53,239 nucleotides of DNA from a virus (lineage: Duplodnaviria > Caudoviricetes): positions 1 through 53,239 of IMG/VR virus record IMGVR_UViG_3300005805_000116. One strand, given 5' to 3'. Numbering within the stretch: the stretch's first letter is position 1; the number at the start of each line of letters is the position of its first letter. Below the pieces are notes generated by a model. The model made no database searches, was not told where the DNA came from, and was given only the letters and a program-made list of their open reading frames with translations. Both the position numbers and the translations under genes were made by a program. Shown here piece after piece: positions 35,920-45,137 of this stretch.

Positions 35920-36863
35920 GCGAACTCACAATTAACCATAATCTCTATAAGACAAGCAAGAAGATTGATTTCAGTGTCCATACTGAAGGCAGACTTATAC
36001 TGATAGTCTGCTATGTGCAACACTGCTTGAGGCACTGAAGTAGGCTTCAAGTGCTCTTTCAGTCCATCATACAACTTTCTGTACACACGAGAGGGGTCAT
36101 TATCAACATTCTCAACAACCCACTCTCTCACTTCATTAAACTTTTTGCCCTTGAGAGCGAGATATAGCTTGTTGACGTTTATCTCACCCGCGAAAGTAAG
36201 TATACCCTCATCTATCTTTCCGTTAGCCTTGCTAAAAGACTGAAGCTCGTTTAGTATTCGCCTAAAGTCAGGAAAATATTTCACGACAACGTTCGCAAGA
36301 ACTTTGCCATCATACTCAATCTTCTCTACATCAAGTATCTTTACTATGCGCTTGTATACTTGCTCGACAATCTGCTTCTTATCATCTTTAGCAATCTTGA
36401 ACTCTTTTACAGAACATCGAGAATGTATTGGCTCAATCAGCTTGTTCTTGTAGTTGCAAGTCAGTATGAAAGAACAGTTCTTTGAGAACTCTTCCATGAC
36501 ACTACGAAGAGCTGGCTGAAAGCTCTGTGGGTTCAGATAATCGGCCTCATCAAGAATGACAACCCTGCGTTTGCCATCAAAAGATATAGCTGAAGCAAAC
36601 TGCTTTACTGTATTTCTCAGAGTGTCGATATTTCGATCATCTGATGCATTGATAAGGATGTATGTGGCATCAAGCTCGTTACACAATGCGCGAGCTACCG
36701 TTGTCTTGCCAGTACCAGCAGTACCACAAAGAAGAAGATGAGGAATCTCACCAGAATCAACTATGCCCTTGAATATCGATTTTAAGTTCTTAGGAAGAAT
36801 ACACTCATCAACAGTTTTAGGACGATACTTTTCAACCCAAAGAATGTGCTCACGTTCTTGCAT
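35916..36863 (-). CDS. 44: Clamp loader ATPase subunit (gp44)
   Basis: WVEKYRP, GTAGTGKTT, LDEAD, SRC, FPDFR. Confidence 0.95.
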   Translation of the reverse strand: MQEREHILWVEKYRPKTVDECILPKNLKSIFKGIVDSGEIPHLLLCGTAGTGKTTVARALCNELDATYILINASDDRNIDTLRNTVKQFASAISFDGKRRVVILDEADYLNPQSFQPALRSVMEEFSKNCSFILTCNYKNKLIEPIHSRCSVKEFKIAKDDKKQIVEQVYKRIVKILDVEKIEYDGKVLANVVVKYFPDFRRILNELQSFSKANGKIDEGILTFAGEINVNKLYLALKGKKFNEVREWVVENVDNDPSRVYRKLYDGLKEHLKPTSVPQAVLHIADYQYKSAFSMDTEINLLACLIEIMVNCEFA

Positions 36864-36884
36864 AATACAAAGATGATAACAAGT

Positions 36885-37088
36885 TTACTTAATGGAGTCA
36901 TCTTTTTCACCTAGAATCTGTAACACTTTTTGCCACTCATGCAGCTTAGAAGTCAGCTTGGCTACTCTCGATGTACTCTTTGCGGTCTGTAATTGTTGAG
37001 TGATAATCCGAATAGCCTTGCGAGCATATTCTTCAGGATCACTCAACAAATTCAGATGACTCACTAAACAGACTCCATCACAATCCAA
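36885..37088 (-). CDS. Hypothetical protein
   Basis: Fills the gap between 45 and 44; start uncertain. Confidence 0.45.
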   Translation of the reverse strand: MDCDGVCLVSHLNLLSDPEEYARKAIRIITQQLQTAKSTSRVAKLTSKLHEWQKVLQILGEKDDSIK

Positions 37089-37732
37089 TACTCAAGTGGA
37101 GTATTCTTGTTCTGAAAATGAGTAATCTTGGGACTTACGCTGACATCATATGTGCCAGGAAGAACCCTCAAGTTGTCGAGTAGAAGATTGTGCTGAAACT
37201 TACCCTCTGCTGCGTCAGCAATCTGAAGAGTGAAGTTGCCCAAAGTATCATTCGATATATCTTGTGCTACGACTCGAACGCCAGAAGAGTCGCCGATAAA
37301 GCTGATATAAGGCAGATGCATTACAGTAGCAGCCTGTCGAAGGCTCTTGAGGTCTTCTTCGGTCAAAGTAAATTTCTGAACTACAGAATCATCAGTAAAC
37401 ATGTTAGGAATCTTCTGCCGAAGAGGTGCAGCATCTTGCACAACAGAAGGATCTGCGTAGCAGTAATTTACTGAGCGGTGATTGTTCTTGATAACAACCT
37501 TATCGGTCTTGAAATCAAAATCAGGATTATCAAAGAGCGAAGAAACAGTGAGAAGACTGTTGAGATCGTGAATTGCAAAATCGTTTGGAATGTTGTCGGG
37601 CAACTTTGCATCAGCAAGAATACGCTTCGATGCGTCTACAGTAACGATATTGTTACCGCGACGAATGAGAATAGTAGTGTTGATTTCGGAAAAGTTCTTC
37701 AAAATTCGAATGGTTTCTTGCGACAGCTTCAT
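37064..37732 (-). CDS. 45: DNA polymerase sliding clamp (gp45)
   Basis: MKLSQETIRILKNFSEIN, FAIHDLN, LPGTYDV, YWI.ME; upstream of 44/62. Confidence 0.9.
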   Translation of the reverse strand: MKLSQETIRILKNFSEINTTILIRRGNNIVTVDASKRILADAKLPDNIPNDFAIHDLNSLLTVSSLFDNPDFDFKTDKVVIKNNHRSVNYCYADPSVVQDAAPLRQKIPNMFTDDSVVQKFTLTEEDLKSLRQAATVMHLPYISFIGDSSGVRVVAQDISNDTLGNFTLQIADAAEGKFQHNLLLDNLRVLPGTYDVSVSPKITHFQNKNTPLEYWIVMESV

Positions 37733-37744
37733 GATAATCCTTAG

Positions 37745-37780
37745 AAAAAATACGACTGGAGACATGATATCTCCAGTCGT
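37745..37780 (-). terminator. Intrinsic terminator-like hairpin
   Basis: 11-bp stem ACGACTGGAGA/TCTCCAGTCGT followed on the minus strand by ATTTTTT. Confidence 0.75.
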
Positions 37781-37792
37781 GTCAAATGTCAA

Positions 37793-38047
37793 TTAAGCAA
37801 CAGCATTAAAGAGAGATGCTGGAGTACCACCCACGTTGAGTCTGTACGCCGTAACCTTCTTACCTGCGTTCTTACCACCCTTTACGGTGATCTTGTTTGT
37901 GTAGATGGGAAAACCTTCCTCGCGGAGCTCATGAATACGAGCGGCGAGACGCTGAATCCCATACTTAGATTCTGCCTCAGCCACGGTCAGATTCTTTCCA
38001 GAGCTGAGTCTCTTTACGAGCTTTACTTTTTGCGATGTGCTAGCCAT
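37793..38047 (-). CDS. Small winged helix-turn-helix DNA-binding protein
   Basis: LTVAEA..YGIQRLAARIHELREEGFPI; promoter TTGCAA-N17-TACTGT at 38105-38133; GAGG RBS. Confidence 0.8.
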   Translation of the reverse strand: MASTSQKVKLVKRLSSGKNLTVAEAESKYGIQRLAARIHELREEGFPIYTNKITVKGGKNAGKKVTAYRLNVGGTPASLFNAVA

Positions 38048-38144
38048 ATTTACCTCATTATGTCAGTTAATTAACCTAAACGGAATAGCCGTTTATTAGA
38101 AAACACAGTAGCATGTGAAATGTATGGTTGCAAGAAATTTGAAC

Positions 38145-38172
38145 AAAAAAAGCCCCGCACTAAGGCGGGGCT
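38145..38172 (-). terminator. Intrinsic terminator
   Basis: AGCCCCGC/GCGGGGCT stem followed by a T run on the minus strand. Confidence 0.85.
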
Positions 38173-38200
38173 CAAAACCAAGAACATCGAAAAACTTGGT

Positions 38201-39463
38201 TTATGATTTGTTTGTCAATATCGAAATGATGTCGTGCTCTTTAGCTTCGAGGGTTTCCTCAGTCTGTGGAGCGGACTCTGGCTTATCAAGCTCGGAATTG
38301 AGATATGGATCTATGTTTTCATAGAAGCTCAGAAACGATGATTTTGTGCTCTCATCGAATCGAGCGATACATAGCTCAATAGCCTGTCGGCGAATCTTTC
38401 CAATCTCAACTTTATCATCCTCAGACGGGTGTCCAAGAATTGCATATGCGTTGATGATATGTACGAGACGGCGAGTGCTGATAAGATCCGCTGTTCCACC
38501 ACTCTCGAAGGTCTTACGGGTTCCAATCGACCAAGTAACTAGCTTCTGAATGAAGTCATCCATGACATCAGACTTAAGATCGTGGCTGGCACAGAGTTTC
38601 TTGAGAATGTTCTTCTCAACCTTCTCTTCTGGATACTTCTGCTCAAACGTGGCACAGAAACGCTCAAGGAATGCTTCGTTGAGAATGTTAGTTCCTACGA
38701 ACTTGCCAGTCTCAGATCCTTGACCCTTAGTGTTTGCAGTGGCTACGATAGTGAAGCCAGGTGCTGGGCGAACGTACTGGTTAATCTTCTTGAGAAGAAT
38801 ACCCTTACCTTCTAGCACCGGCTGAAGACAAAGCAGCTTGTTGCTACCAAGATCAACCTCATCGAGTAGTAGAACACCACCAGACTTCATAGCTCGAACA
38901 ACAGGACCATCAAACCACTTGGTTGAGTCATTAACGAGACGGAACCCACCAAGAAGATCATCTTCATCAGTCTCAATCGTGATGTTCACGCGATATAGCT
39001 CACGGTTATGATGAGCACATGCTTGCTCAACACCGAAGGTCTTGCCGTTGCCAGAAAGACCCGTGATGAAGATGGGGTAAAACATGTTTGAGGAAACGAT
39101 CTTTGAGATGAGATCGAAGTCACCATGTTTAACAAACAGCTTATCAACTTCTGGAACTAAACTTGCATGAAGAGACTCTACGGTGAAGTTATGAACTACG
39201 GATGTAGAATCAAGAGGACTCTGAACAGGCTGAGGAGTCTGTGCAACAACCACTGGCTTGGCGGTGCGCTTGCTATTAACACCAAGCGAAAATACGCCAC
39301 GCGAAACTCTAAACTTGAGTCCGTTAGTATTAACAAAGCTGTACGCCTCTTTTAGAAGGTCGTTACTTTCACCAAGGGCAAGGGCTTGCTTTCTGGTAAA
39401 CTCTTCTGCGCCGAACTTGTCTTCGAGAAGAGAAAGGAATTGATGTTTCGATGTTTTGTTCAT
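38201..39463 (-). CDS. MoxR/CbbQ/CobS-like AAA+ ATPase
   Basis: GLSGNGKT, LLLDEVD, ATANTKGQG, NEAFLERF, ISTRRL. Confidence 0.88.
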   Translation of the reverse strand: MNKTSKHQFLSLLEDKFGAEEFTRKQALALGESNDLLKEAYSFVNTNGLKFRVSRGVFSLGVNSKRTAKPVVVAQTPQPVQSPLDSTSVVHNFTVESLHASLVPEVDKLFVKHGDFDLISKIVSSNMFYPIFITGLSGNGKTFGVEQACAHHNRELYRVNITIETDEDDLLGGFRLVNDSTKWFDGPVVRAMKSGGVLLLDEVDLGSNKLLCLQPVLEGKGILLKKINQYVRPAPGFTIVATANTKGQGSETGKFVGTNILNEAFLERFCATFEQKYPEEKVEKNILKKLCASHDLKSDVMDDFIQKLVTWSIGTRKTFESGGTADLISTRRLVHIINAYAILGHPSEDDKVEIGKIRRQAIELCIARFDESTKSSFLSFYENIDPYLNSELDKPESAPQTEETLEAKEHDIISILTNKS

Positions 39464-39495
39464 TATTACCTCTCACTTATTCATTGTATGTACAT

Positions 39496-39525
39496 AGTAT
39501 ATCAGATACTATAACGACATGTCAA
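39496..39525 (-). promoter_or_regulatory. Strong sigma70-type early promoter
   Basis: TTGACA-N18-TATACT with TG extension and AT-rich upstream tract. Confidence 0.75.
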
Positions 39526-39555
39526 TATCGATTTTTCTTGAATAATTACAGAAAC

Positions 39556-40116
39556 TTACTTGCTCTTTTTCTGCAACTTTTCGAAGAATCCTTTGGACAT
39601 AAGCCCTTGTGGCTCTTCGACAGACTCGAACGTAAATGTTCTATGTCCTTTCATCTGTGTGTAGTACGATCCCACTTTGTTTGCAGACCATTTACCGACA
39701 CTAACTTCAGTGTTTAATCCTGGCCAGCGACCTGAAGCAGTGCCAATCAAAATGGCATCGTCACGGGATGCATCTTTGTATAGTACGGAATCTTGATCAT
39801 ACTTGACACCACTTCGCATAAGAAAGTGTTTAAGTCTGCCAGAATCGTTTGCGGAAGAAATGACAAGAAATGACTTCTCTCGAACTTTTCTCTCTTCGGG
39901 TGTGCCTGGATTCTCTACATAAAATCCTGTGACTGATACATACCCAAATCCAGCGGAGCGAATGTCAGAAACTAGCTGAGAGTTTCGCTTCTCATTCTGC
40001 TCGACTGGATACTGTCCTCGATATGCAGTGATCATGCCCATGTTGGATTCTTGAGAATGTTGATAGATGCGAGATAAACTCGACTCATGCAACATCTTGT
40101 CTTTAAATCCAAACAT
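39556..40116 (-). CDS. Conserved phage hypothetical protein
   Basis: ESSLSRI, ITAYRG, N..RN..L..DI...G.GY, EKSF, QDSVL; N-terminus MFGFKDKMLHE. Confidence 0.65.
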   Translation of the reverse strand: MFGFKDKMLHESSLSRIYQHSQESNMGMITAYRGQYPVEQNEKRNSQLVSDIRSAGFGYVSVTGFYVENPGTPEERKVREKSFLVISSANDSGRLKHFLMRSGVKYDQDSVLYKDASRDDAILIGTASGRWPGLNTEVSVGKWSANKVGSYYTQMKGHRTFTFESVEEPQGLMSKGFFEKLQKKSK

Positions 40117-40125
40117 ACGCGCTCA

Positions 40126-42297
40126 CTATGAGATGTGTTCGATGAATCTATTTAACAAAACCCTACTGACCATCTTTTGAGTCATCTGAGCTGTGAATTC
40201 TTTCTGAACAGATTTCATAGCTTTCTTAGCCTGTTTCTCATCTTCCCAATCAACGGTCGTGTCGATTTCTGGCTCAAACTCATCATTCGATACAGAAAGT
40301 CCAGACCCGTTTGGAATCACATAATAAGCATCGTAGCCGTCTACGTTATTGATCTCGGCGAAACGATTCTTTTTGAACGTATCGATCAGAGTGTCGCTCT
40401 TCTTTCTATCGCGGGTCATCTGCTCAATCTTGCTTTGGGCGTCTCGCTTCTTGGCAAGATAGAAACCGATGACTTTTGCGCCGGTCTTATCACGAAGAAT
40501 GTTCAACAATGTAGTAGTCGAATGGCTTATTTCCCACTGTTGTTTTGTGCGAGCATCACGAATAAAGTTCCTCTCAGTTCTGTCAGCACGTCCATAGTAC
40601 CTGCTATAGTATGAGCTACCCAGATATGACTCGTTACCTTCATTATCAACAAATGCTATACCATGAGTGTCTTCACCATCAGTTAAGAATATGGTGTTGA
40701 CGATATCAAGGCCGTTGTTTGCCTTAAACTTATTGACAACTTCGATTGCTGCTATGATAGCAGGATTTAAAGGTGTGCAATTAAGCTGCTCTTGAGTAGG
40801 AATGCCAGTGTACGTTGCGCGGCTGTAGTATTGCATCATACAAAGAATGTTCTGGAGAGCTTCGTTAAACTCAACACCAGTCATCTTGTTTGTGAAATAT
40901 TGTCGAAGGCAGAATCGCTCATCATACATGGCAGAGCCAATAGTTCTGGGATGGGAAAGCAGACCATCTCGTGAGTTATATGAATCAGTAAATCCATAAA
41001 CCTCAAAGGGTATGTTGACTCTACGACAGAACAGAACCAGATTAAGAAGCTGCTCGAACGTACCACAAATGCTATCATACATCGAGCTAGAAAGATCGAT
41101 GAACATAACAAGACCGTGGGACTTGCCCTGTGGGATTGTGGTAACTTTCTTGAAAACATCGTCGTTGTATCGATACGAGTGAACGCGATTCATATCAAGA
41201 GTACCAGTCTTCGCTGTCAGGGCGCGGACATCGAGGCGAGCTTTCTTCTTCATTTCGAAGATGTTTGCCATCTGATTAACAACGTTCTTGGAGTTATTTT
41301 TGAACGTGTTGACCTGAGTGGCTGCCCAGTCAAATACTTGCGGATAATAACGCGAGTAGTATTCACGAATCTGAGAGTGTACTCGCTTGTGTGGAACAAT
41401 AATCTTGTCGAGCTGTGTCTCTGGAAGATTCACATACACATTAGATCTAACATTCGTATCGACAAGACCCTTTAGTGCATTATCGAAACTCTGTTGAGTC
41501 TCAACACGGATTGAGTCTTTGTCTGGGTCTGAATCATCGCTATCAGTAGTTGATGTATTGTTAGGATCTAGTATTTCATCAATACTCTTTGCATCACTCT
41601 TCTGTGCATTAGGATCATCTTTGTCGTCGGACACTACTCCGACTTTAGCTTCTTGCACATCACCTTTTAAGTCGCTAGTGGACTGAGAATCTTGATCGGG
41701 TTGTGACTTGCCCTGAGAATCTGGATTCTCTTTAACGAATTCGATTAGATCTTTTGCAACGTTAAGAACATCAGAGAATGACTTGCAAGAATTGACACGA
41801 TCAACCCAAGGCTTTTCTTCATCAGAAAAAGGCACGTTGATATAACCGAAGTGACCAACTTTGAAGTGTATGTTTAATCGGTCGAGCAAACCATAGTCGC
41901 GTATGTCTTTACCTTCAGTGCCAAACAGATTAGCTTTTTGCAACTCATCATAGCCGGCTTTAAACGAGCGAATGATGCCAGGATACTTCTGTTGAATCAT
42001 CTTCTCGATTCGAACATCCTCAACGATGTTGACAACATTCTTGAATGAGTCTTTAGAAGATTCTTTCATGACAGCAGTTTCCCACTCATCTTTAGGAGTG
42101 AAAAGAGCGTGTCCTACTTCATGCGAGATGAGAAGTGTGTATACGTTGTCTGATATGTCTTTCCAATTAGGAAGAAACAGGCGGCGCTTGATAAGGTCGA
42201 ACGCGGCAGTAGGAACGTTTGCATGTTCAACAAACAAGTTCTCAGAAGCCATCAATTTTGCCAGTGTTTCTTTTGCGGAAGTTCTAGTGCTCGACAT
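40126..42297 (-). CDS. Metallopeptidase-like (HExxH) plus VWA-domain protein (CobT-like partner of the AAA+ ATPase)
   Basis: SHEVGHALFT, NIVEDVRIE, acidic linker, MIDAS DLSSSM, TPL, FLTDGE. Confidence 0.82.
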   Translation of the reverse strand: MSSTRTSAKETLAKLMASENLFVEHANVPTAAFDLIKRRLFLPNWKDISDNVYTLLISHEVGHALFTPKDEWETAVMKESSKDSFKNVVNIVEDVRIEKMIQQKYPGIIRSFKAGYDELQKANLFGTEGKDIRDYGLLDRLNIHFKVGHFGYINVPFSDEEKPWVDRVNSCKSFSDVLNVAKDLIEFVKENPDSQGKSQPDQDSQSTSDLKGDVQEAKVGVVSDDKDDPNAQKSDAKSIDEILDPNNTSTTDSDDSDPDKDSIRVETQQSFDNALKGLVDTNVRSNVYVNLPETQLDKIIVPHKRVHSQIREYYSRYYPQVFDWAATQVNTFKNNSKNVVNQMANIFEMKKKARLDVRALTAKTGTLDMNRVHSYRYNDDVFKKVTTIPQGKSHGLVMFIDLSSSMYDSICGTFEQLLNLVLFCRRVNIPFEVYGFTDSYNSRDGLLSHPRTIGSAMYDERFCLRQYFTNKMTGVEFNEALQNILCMMQYYSRATYTGIPTQEQLNCTPLNPAIIAAIEVVNKFKANNGLDIVNTIFLTDGEDTHGIAFVDNEGNESYLGSSYYSRYYGRADRTERNFIRDARTKQQWEISHSTTTLLNILRDKTGAKVIGFYLAKKRDAQSKIEQMTRDRKKSDTLIDTFKKNRFAEINNVDGYDAYYVIPNGSGLSVSNDEFEPEIDTTVDWEDEKQAKKAMKSVQKEFTAQMTQKMVSRVLLNRFIEHIS

Positions 42298-42325
42298 TTT
42301 TCACCTATGTAATACTGATACTGTT

Positions 42326-42355
42326 AGTATATCAAATATCAGCAAGTTATGTCAA
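42326..42355 (-). promoter_or_regulatory. Strong sigma70-type early promoter
   Basis: TTGACA-N18-TATACT with TG extension; IHF-consensus match at 42375-42387. Confidence 0.75.
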
Positions 42356-42387
42356 CCACATTTTTGATAATAATTAACTTATTGATT

Positions 42388-42654
42388 TTATTGCTTTTTA
42401 TAGACTAAGTACAAAATCAAGTTTGTTAATGAGACCACAGCATTGAACGTGTAGCTCACATTAAGTAGCGAAATGCCTTGAACAGATGTCACGAAAATAT
42501 CCATACAGATACAACCCACACATACGCAAGAAAGAGAGTACGGTGACAAGCCTGTAACTTTCTTAACTCGAATGATGCGGATCAGTTGCGGAATTCCACT
42601 CACTGCGAGTAGAAAAGAACCCAGCAATCCTAAAAAAACTTGCGAGGTGTTCAT
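42388..42654 (-). CDS. PQ-loop / SemiSWEET-family 3-TM transporter
   Basis: GLLGSFLLAVSGIPQL...VTGLS, three hydrophobic segments. Confidence 0.75.
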   Translation of the reverse strand: MNTSQVFLGLLGSFLLAVSGIPQLIRIIRVKKVTGLSPYSLSCVCVGCICMDIFVTSVQGISLLNVSYTFNAVVSLTNLILYLVYKKQ

Positions 42655-42905
42655 CTTCGATACTTGAAATAGAGAGCAATATTTGTGAACACGAGAGTTG
42701 TGTTTACACCATAGTTTATTAGCAGAGGCACTTGTGCTGTTGTAAAAACAACATACATGCCCATGAGAGCACAACCAAAACCCCAAAGAAGAAGCATGTT
42801 GAGAGAGAGACCTGAAGTGTCTTTAGACTTGAACGTTGTGTATAATTGAGGTGCAGAACTTAGTGCGAGAAGTATAGCACCAAAATGACCAAGAAATTCT
42901 ATCAT
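42651..42905 (-). CDS. PQ-loop / SemiSWEET-family 3-TM transporter
   Basis: GHFGAILLALSSAPQL...DTSGLS...PLLINY, three hydrophobic segments. Confidence 0.8.
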   Translation of the reverse strand: MIEFLGHFGAILLALSSAPQLYTTFKSKDTSGLSLNMLLLWGFGCALMGMYVVFTTAQVPLLINYGVNTTLVFTNIALYFKYRR

Positions 42906-44545
42906 ACTTTTTTGTAAACAAAGATTGGCTCATACTTATACCAAATGCTTTTCTCTTGAGCCTTAGCTCCCTTCTTAGCCTCTTTAACTCGACAGAAATT
43001 TTTAGCAGATGGCTTTCCAGTTTCTTCATCAACTCTATTTCCACCTGGCATTTGAGCAAGAGTCATTTTGAGAGTCTGCACTTTTTTCATTCCTAGAGAC
43101 TCAAGTATGTCATTAGATACTTTCTCCAGAGGCAAAATCTGACCGGCGAACTTTGCATCGGCGATATTCCAAAGAAGATATCGATTAGGTGCGAGCCACT
43201 CAACGGCAGTTTCTAAAGTAGGTCGCAAAAATCCTTCAACCCAAGAATCAAACGTGTTGAACTTTGTTGCACTCTGCGTTGGATCTGCTGAGTACAGCTC
43301 TTTTGCAAAGTACGGCGGACTTGTGAAAACAATGTCGAGCTTGCCTTTGTAATTCTGAAAACCAGGCTGCTCTTTCATGACTTCAGAACCACACTGATAT
43401 ATTTCGTATGTGTGGGGCGGGTTTGAAAAGACTGTTGTTGTACAGTTGTTATAGAAATCTGCAAGTTCATGATACTTTGTGCGACCATTTTCTGTTGTGT
43501 GATCTGTGTTTGGGTCTGTGCCGATGTAGTGAATTTTTCTAGTGTCATTCTCAACACTCATAGCACCAAGAATTCTTCCACCCCATCCAGAAGATGGATC
43601 CCATATTGTGATTCTGTCTTGATTCTTGAACTCTTCAGAAAATTTCTCGTACAGATACTTTGCTGTGAGAGGTGGAAAGTTCACTGCATACTGACACACA
43701 GATATACGAAACGCTTTCAGTCCTATTGGAAACAATTTCTGGCCACGTTTAAACACTCGTAGTCGAAACGTATCTCTACCTTTATACTCCATGTTTGTCT
43801 TACACTTGTCAGGAATGAGAGAGCCCAGCTCTTCTACTTCCTTGCTTGTGATAAACAGAAACTTCATAGAACGTAGATTCTCATCGTACCCTGTGTAAGA
43901 GTCATCGACTTCTCTCGACTCAAGCCAGTAGTCAAACTCGGTTTCGTATAGATGTCGTTTTGATTCGTAAGCTCTGATCCACTCCACCGCTGACTTTTTG
44001 GGCTCAAGAAAATACTTCTTCAGATAGTCTTTGATGTTGTCTTTCTCGCTGAAAAGAGGAACTGGATTTGAATGGTGATAGAAAGAATCTCTCTTGAAGT
44101 GTCTTCTTCCATATGTAATCATCTTCTCAAGTAACTCAGGGTTCTTGAAGTGATCGTAGATTGATAGTCCCGCTGAAGTATCATCGCTGTAGTTAATCTT
44201 GGTGGCCATCATTGTCGGAAACCACTGATTAGCTGCATTACCCAGAACACTATTATTGCGTATACAGTCTTTCTGACCAGTCTCTTCGTCTAAACAGACA
44301 AACCCATCAACTTCATGATGTACAGGATATGAACGCATTTCTCGAAACTGCTCTTTGATCTCTTGCTCAGAAAAGCCGACACGAGGGGGAATTCCCAAGT
44401 CATCCCAAATTCTGACAACTTCAGAACGCATATCAGCGACCCAACTTCTAAAGTCAGTGTCGCTCATCCACAATACTTCTTCGAATGTCTTATTTACTGG
44501 GCTTTGAAGCAGCTCGCTGTTTTTTTCGTAGAACCACTTTGTCAT
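42902..44545 (-). CDS. Large amino-methyltransferase (N4-C/N6-A type)
   Basis: SAM-binding WDPSSGWGGR and catalytic FTSPPY, WNIAD, YEPIF. Confidence 0.75.
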   Translation of the reverse strand: MTKWFYEKNSELLQSPVNKTFEEVLWMSDTDFRSWVADMRSEVVRIWDDLGIPPRVGFSEQEIKEQFREMRSYPVHHEVDGFVCLDEETGQKDCIRNNSVLGNAANQWFPTMMATKINYSDDTSAGLSIYDHFKNPELLEKMITYGRRHFKRDSFYHHSNPVPLFSEKDNIKDYLKKYFLEPKKSAVEWIRAYESKRHLYETEFDYWLESREVDDSYTGYDENLRSMKFLFITSKEVEELGSLIPDKCKTNMEYKGRDTFRLRVFKRGQKLFPIGLKAFRISVCQYAVNFPPLTAKYLYEKFSEEFKNQDRITIWDPSSGWGGRILGAMSVENDTRKIHYIGTDPNTDHTTENGRTKYHELADFYNNCTTTVFSNPPHTYEIYQCGSEVMKEQPGFQNYKGKLDIVFTSPPYFAKELYSADPTQSATKFNTFDSWVEGFLRPTLETAVEWLAPNRYLLWNIADAKFAGQILPLEKVSNDILESLGMKKVQTLKMTLAQMPGGNRVDEETGKPSAKNFCRVKEAKKGAKAQEKSIWYKYEPIFVYKKV

Positions 44546-45137
44546 TTTTCACCAACTCAAGATTAAATAACGAATCAATCACAGGTAGTCCAATATGGTC
44601 CGCAAGTCCGTGCTTAAGCACTTCTTTTGGCTCAAGGTACCAGTTTACATGCTTCTTCTCTGCAACTAGCTTCTGAAAATACCCCTTTGGCTTATTACAC
44701 TTGTCATTGAGAAGATTGAATATCTTAACGTTTAATCGCTCTGCTTCTCCCACATCAGCTTTCAGCTCTTCGATCTTACCGAATGACACTGTTGCAGCAT
44801 CGTGAACCATGACTGTAGTGTTGTCAGAGACGAAGCGGAAGCCTGGATTGCCACACGCTAAGAGAATACTTCCACAGCTCATCGCTTTGCCTAGAGCAAT
44901 CGTGGCAACGGGTTTTGTAGCGGTTGACATAATATCAATCATCGCTAGTAGCGAGTAGATTTCACCACCGTAGCTGTCAATAATAACTGGAATAATCGGA
45001 AGAGCACTGGAGTTAAGATCATCAAAATCAACTTTGAATTGCTTGACACCAAACTCTGTAAACTCATTCACAAGAACTGCATTTTTAACTTTGGGTTCAT
45101 TTGTCATCAGAATGTCCCTTTCATATGTGAATGGCAT
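44490..45137 (-). CDS. ClpP-family protease subunit
   Basis: IDSYGG, GKAMSCG (Ser), MVHD (His), EVLKHGLAD. Confidence 0.82.
   Translation of the reverse strand: MPFTYERDILMTNEPKVKNAVLVNEFTEFGVKQFKVDFDDLNSSALPIIPVIIDSYGGEIYSLLAMIDIMSTATKPVATIALGKAMSCGSILLACGNPGFRFVSDNTTVMVHDAATVSFGKIEELKADVGEAERLNVKIFNLLNDKCNKPKGYFQKLVAEKKHVNWYLEPKEVLKHGLADHIGLPVIDSLFNLELVKNDKVVLRKKQRAASKPSK

Noticed and set aside
38201-42297. Cobalamin biosynthesis genes cobS/cobT supporting the B12-dependent RNR
   Set aside because: No cobN or other cob genes in the window; the VWA protein has an extra HExxH domain; a generic AAA+/VWA pair explains the motifs
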